DNA from: an uncultured Alphaproteobacteria bacterium
GTDB taxonomy: Bacteria; Pseudomonadota; Alphaproteobacteria; Rhizobiales; Xanthobacteraceae
Assembly: GCA_963786025.1 (NCBI GenBank)
Contig: CAWAXK010000001.1
Location: 5,876 to 69,875 of the forward strand
Direction of reading: 5' to 3'
DNA length: 64,000 nucleotides
Position 1 is the stretch's first letter. Each line of letters starts with the position of its first letter. The notes beneath the pieces were generated by a model. The model saw nothing but the letters and a program-made list of their open reading frames with translations. It ran no database searches and was not told the DNA's origin. The position numbers were made by a program, and so were the translations under genes. Shown here one piece after another: positions 62,632 to 64,000 of this stretch.

Positions 62632-62643
62632 GGACCTTCGCGA

Positions 62644-62817
62644 TCAGTCATCCAGCCGGCGCATCTTGGCTTGCGCATCGCGGCGCTGGGCGCCTTGCAG
62701 CTTGGTCTGAAACTTCCCCTTGGCGATCCGCTCGGCCTTTTTGGCTTTCTTGGTTGCCGCATCGGGCGACAGTGGATGTTTGTCGCGGCGCTGGCCGGTT
62801 CGTGATTTGCTGGTCAT
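62644..62817 (-). CDS. Small basic hypothetical protein (57 aa)
   Basis: Lys/Arg-rich ORF filling the pyrG-VOC gap; weak GGGA RBS. Confidence 0.5.
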   Translation of the reverse strand: MTSKSRTGQRRDKHPLSPDAATKKAKKAERIAKGKFQTKLQGAQRRDAQAKMRRLDD

Positions 62818-62900
62818 TTGAAGTCCCACATATTTGCGGATACGCGTCTATGATTCGTGACGGAATATGACGTCAAAGTGCGGTCAATGGAAAGGCGTTC

Positions 62901-63770
62901 ATGCCCCGCGGCCTCGATCATATCGTTCACGCCGTGCGCGATCTCGACGCGGCGGCAGCGCTATACCGTGGCCTCGGTTTCACGGTGGGCGCGCGCAACC
63001 GGCATCCGCGCGCTTGGGGCACGCAGAACCATATCGTTCAGTTCCAGGGCACGTTTATCGAATTGCTGACGATCGCGGACGAAAGCGGCATCGCGCCGCA
63101 CGCCCCGCAGCAGTTTTCTTTCGGCGCCTTCAATCGCGATTTTCTCGCACACGAGCAAGGCCTGTCGATGCTGGTGCTGGAAGGGCACGGCGCGCACGAT
63201 GCGGATGAGTTTCGCGCCCAGGAGCTTGGCGATTTCGGGCTTTATGAATTCGAGCGTGAAGCCAAACGCCCCGACGGCACGCCGCTTAAAGTAGCGTTCA
63301 CGCTTGCCTTCGCGGCCGATCGGCACGCGCCCGAAATCGGTTTCTTCACCTGCCAGCAGCACTACCCGGAGAATTTCTGGAATCCGGAGTTCCAAAAGCA
63401 CGCCAACAGCGTCGCGGGCGTTGCCGGCATCGTCGCCGTCGCCGAGGCGCCCGCGCGCCACTTGAAATTCATGGAAGGTTTCGTCGGTGCGGCGGCCGAG
63501 CGAAGCGGCGAGGGCTTCAAAATCGCTACGCCGCGCGGGACGATTGAGGTCACGACGCCTGCCGCTTTCCTTCACCGCTTCGGTGTCCGGGCGCCGGAAG
63601 TCGACCGTGGCGCAAGACTGGCGGCGCTGCGCTTTACGACCGCCGATGCCAGCCTTTTGCTAGGCGTGCCTGAGCTCGCCGGAATGGCCGGACTTTATGC
63701 CGGAAATGCCGCCGTGATCGGCCGGGAGGACGCTTTGGACGCTGTGCTGGTATTCGAACCCGCCCGTTGA
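62901..63770 (+). CDS. VOC/glyoxalase-like domain protein
   Basis: LDHIVHAVRDL, LGF, H..WGT.N, FIEL. Confidence 0.85.
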   Translation: MPRGLDHIVHAVRDLDAAAALYRGLGFTVGARNRHPRAWGTQNHIVQFQGTFIELLTIADESGIAPHAPQQFSFGAFNRDFLAHEQGLSMLVLEGHGAHDADEFRAQELGDFGLYEFEREAKRPDGTPLKVAFTLAFAADRHAPEIGFFTCQQHYPENFWNPEFQKHANSVAGVAGIVAVAEAPARHLKFMEGFVGAAAERSGEGFKIATPRGTIEVTTPAAFLHRFGVRAPEVDRGARLAALRFTTADASLLLGVPELAGMAGLYAGNAAVIGREDALDAVLVFEPAR

Positions 63771-63819
63771 CCGGGCGGCTTCGCGGCTTCATGGTCGCGG
63801 CCGCGAGGGCAAAACCGTC

Positions 63820-64000
63820 TTGGATCAGAAACCTAACTCGACCGTCACCATCGGCGCCGTGCGCTTCGGCAATGCTCTGCCGTTGGCGCTGATCGCTGGA
63901 CCGTGCCAGTTGGAAAGCCGAGCGCATGCGCTGGAAATGGCGGCCGCGCTCAAGGAGATCGCGGCGCGCGTCGGCATCGGCCTCGTCTACAAGACCTCCT
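63820..64000 (+). CDS. kdsA: KDO 8-phosphate synthase, 5' part
   Basis: Manual translation from TTG 63820: FGNALPLALIAGPCQLESRAHALE...LVYKTS; pyrG-kdsA synteny. Confidence 0.92.
   Translation, partial: MDQKPNSTVTIGAVRFGNALPLALIAGPCQLESRAHALEMAAALKEIAARVGIGLVYKTS

Overview
High-GC alphaproteobacterial (Rhizobiales/Hyphomicrobiales, Xanthobacteraceae/Nitrobacteraceae-like) core-genome window. Gene order: partial Bug/TctC SBP, complete nuoA-N operon, birA-rnj-mce-DUF1467, proS, a polysaccharide deacetylase, lolCE-lolD, dnaE, rpsB-tsf-pyrH-frr-uppS-cdsA-dxr-rseP-bamA-lpxD-fabZ-lpxA-lpxI-lpxB, fabH, gltA, gltX/glnS, a shortened comEC, lexA, moeA-moaC, trpC-trpD-trpG-trpE, ppiD, tpiA-secG-pyrG, a VOC protein and the start of kdsA. 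I found no prophage, transposase, CRISPR array, rRNA or tRNA, and no large novel multi-gene system. The most interesting items are small and sit between core genes: (1) a 32-aa SidA-like membrane peptide missed by the ORF track, behind two perfect LexA boxes directly upstream of dnaE; (2) a 76-aa four-Cys, HiPIP-like protein inserted between nuoF and nuoG; (3) a promoter-to-terminator candidate sRNA of about 180 nt next to proS; (4) a Bacteroidota-like fabH appended to the lipid A operon; (5) comEC with a large in-frame internal deletion; (6) a secreted HAD acid phosphatase splitting trpE from trpG; (7) palindromic repeats at nuo gene junctions. Four single-base +1 frameshifts (deacetylase, rseP, lpxB, secG) most likely reflect sequencing indels. 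All assignments come from motif recognition and synteny; no database searches were run.
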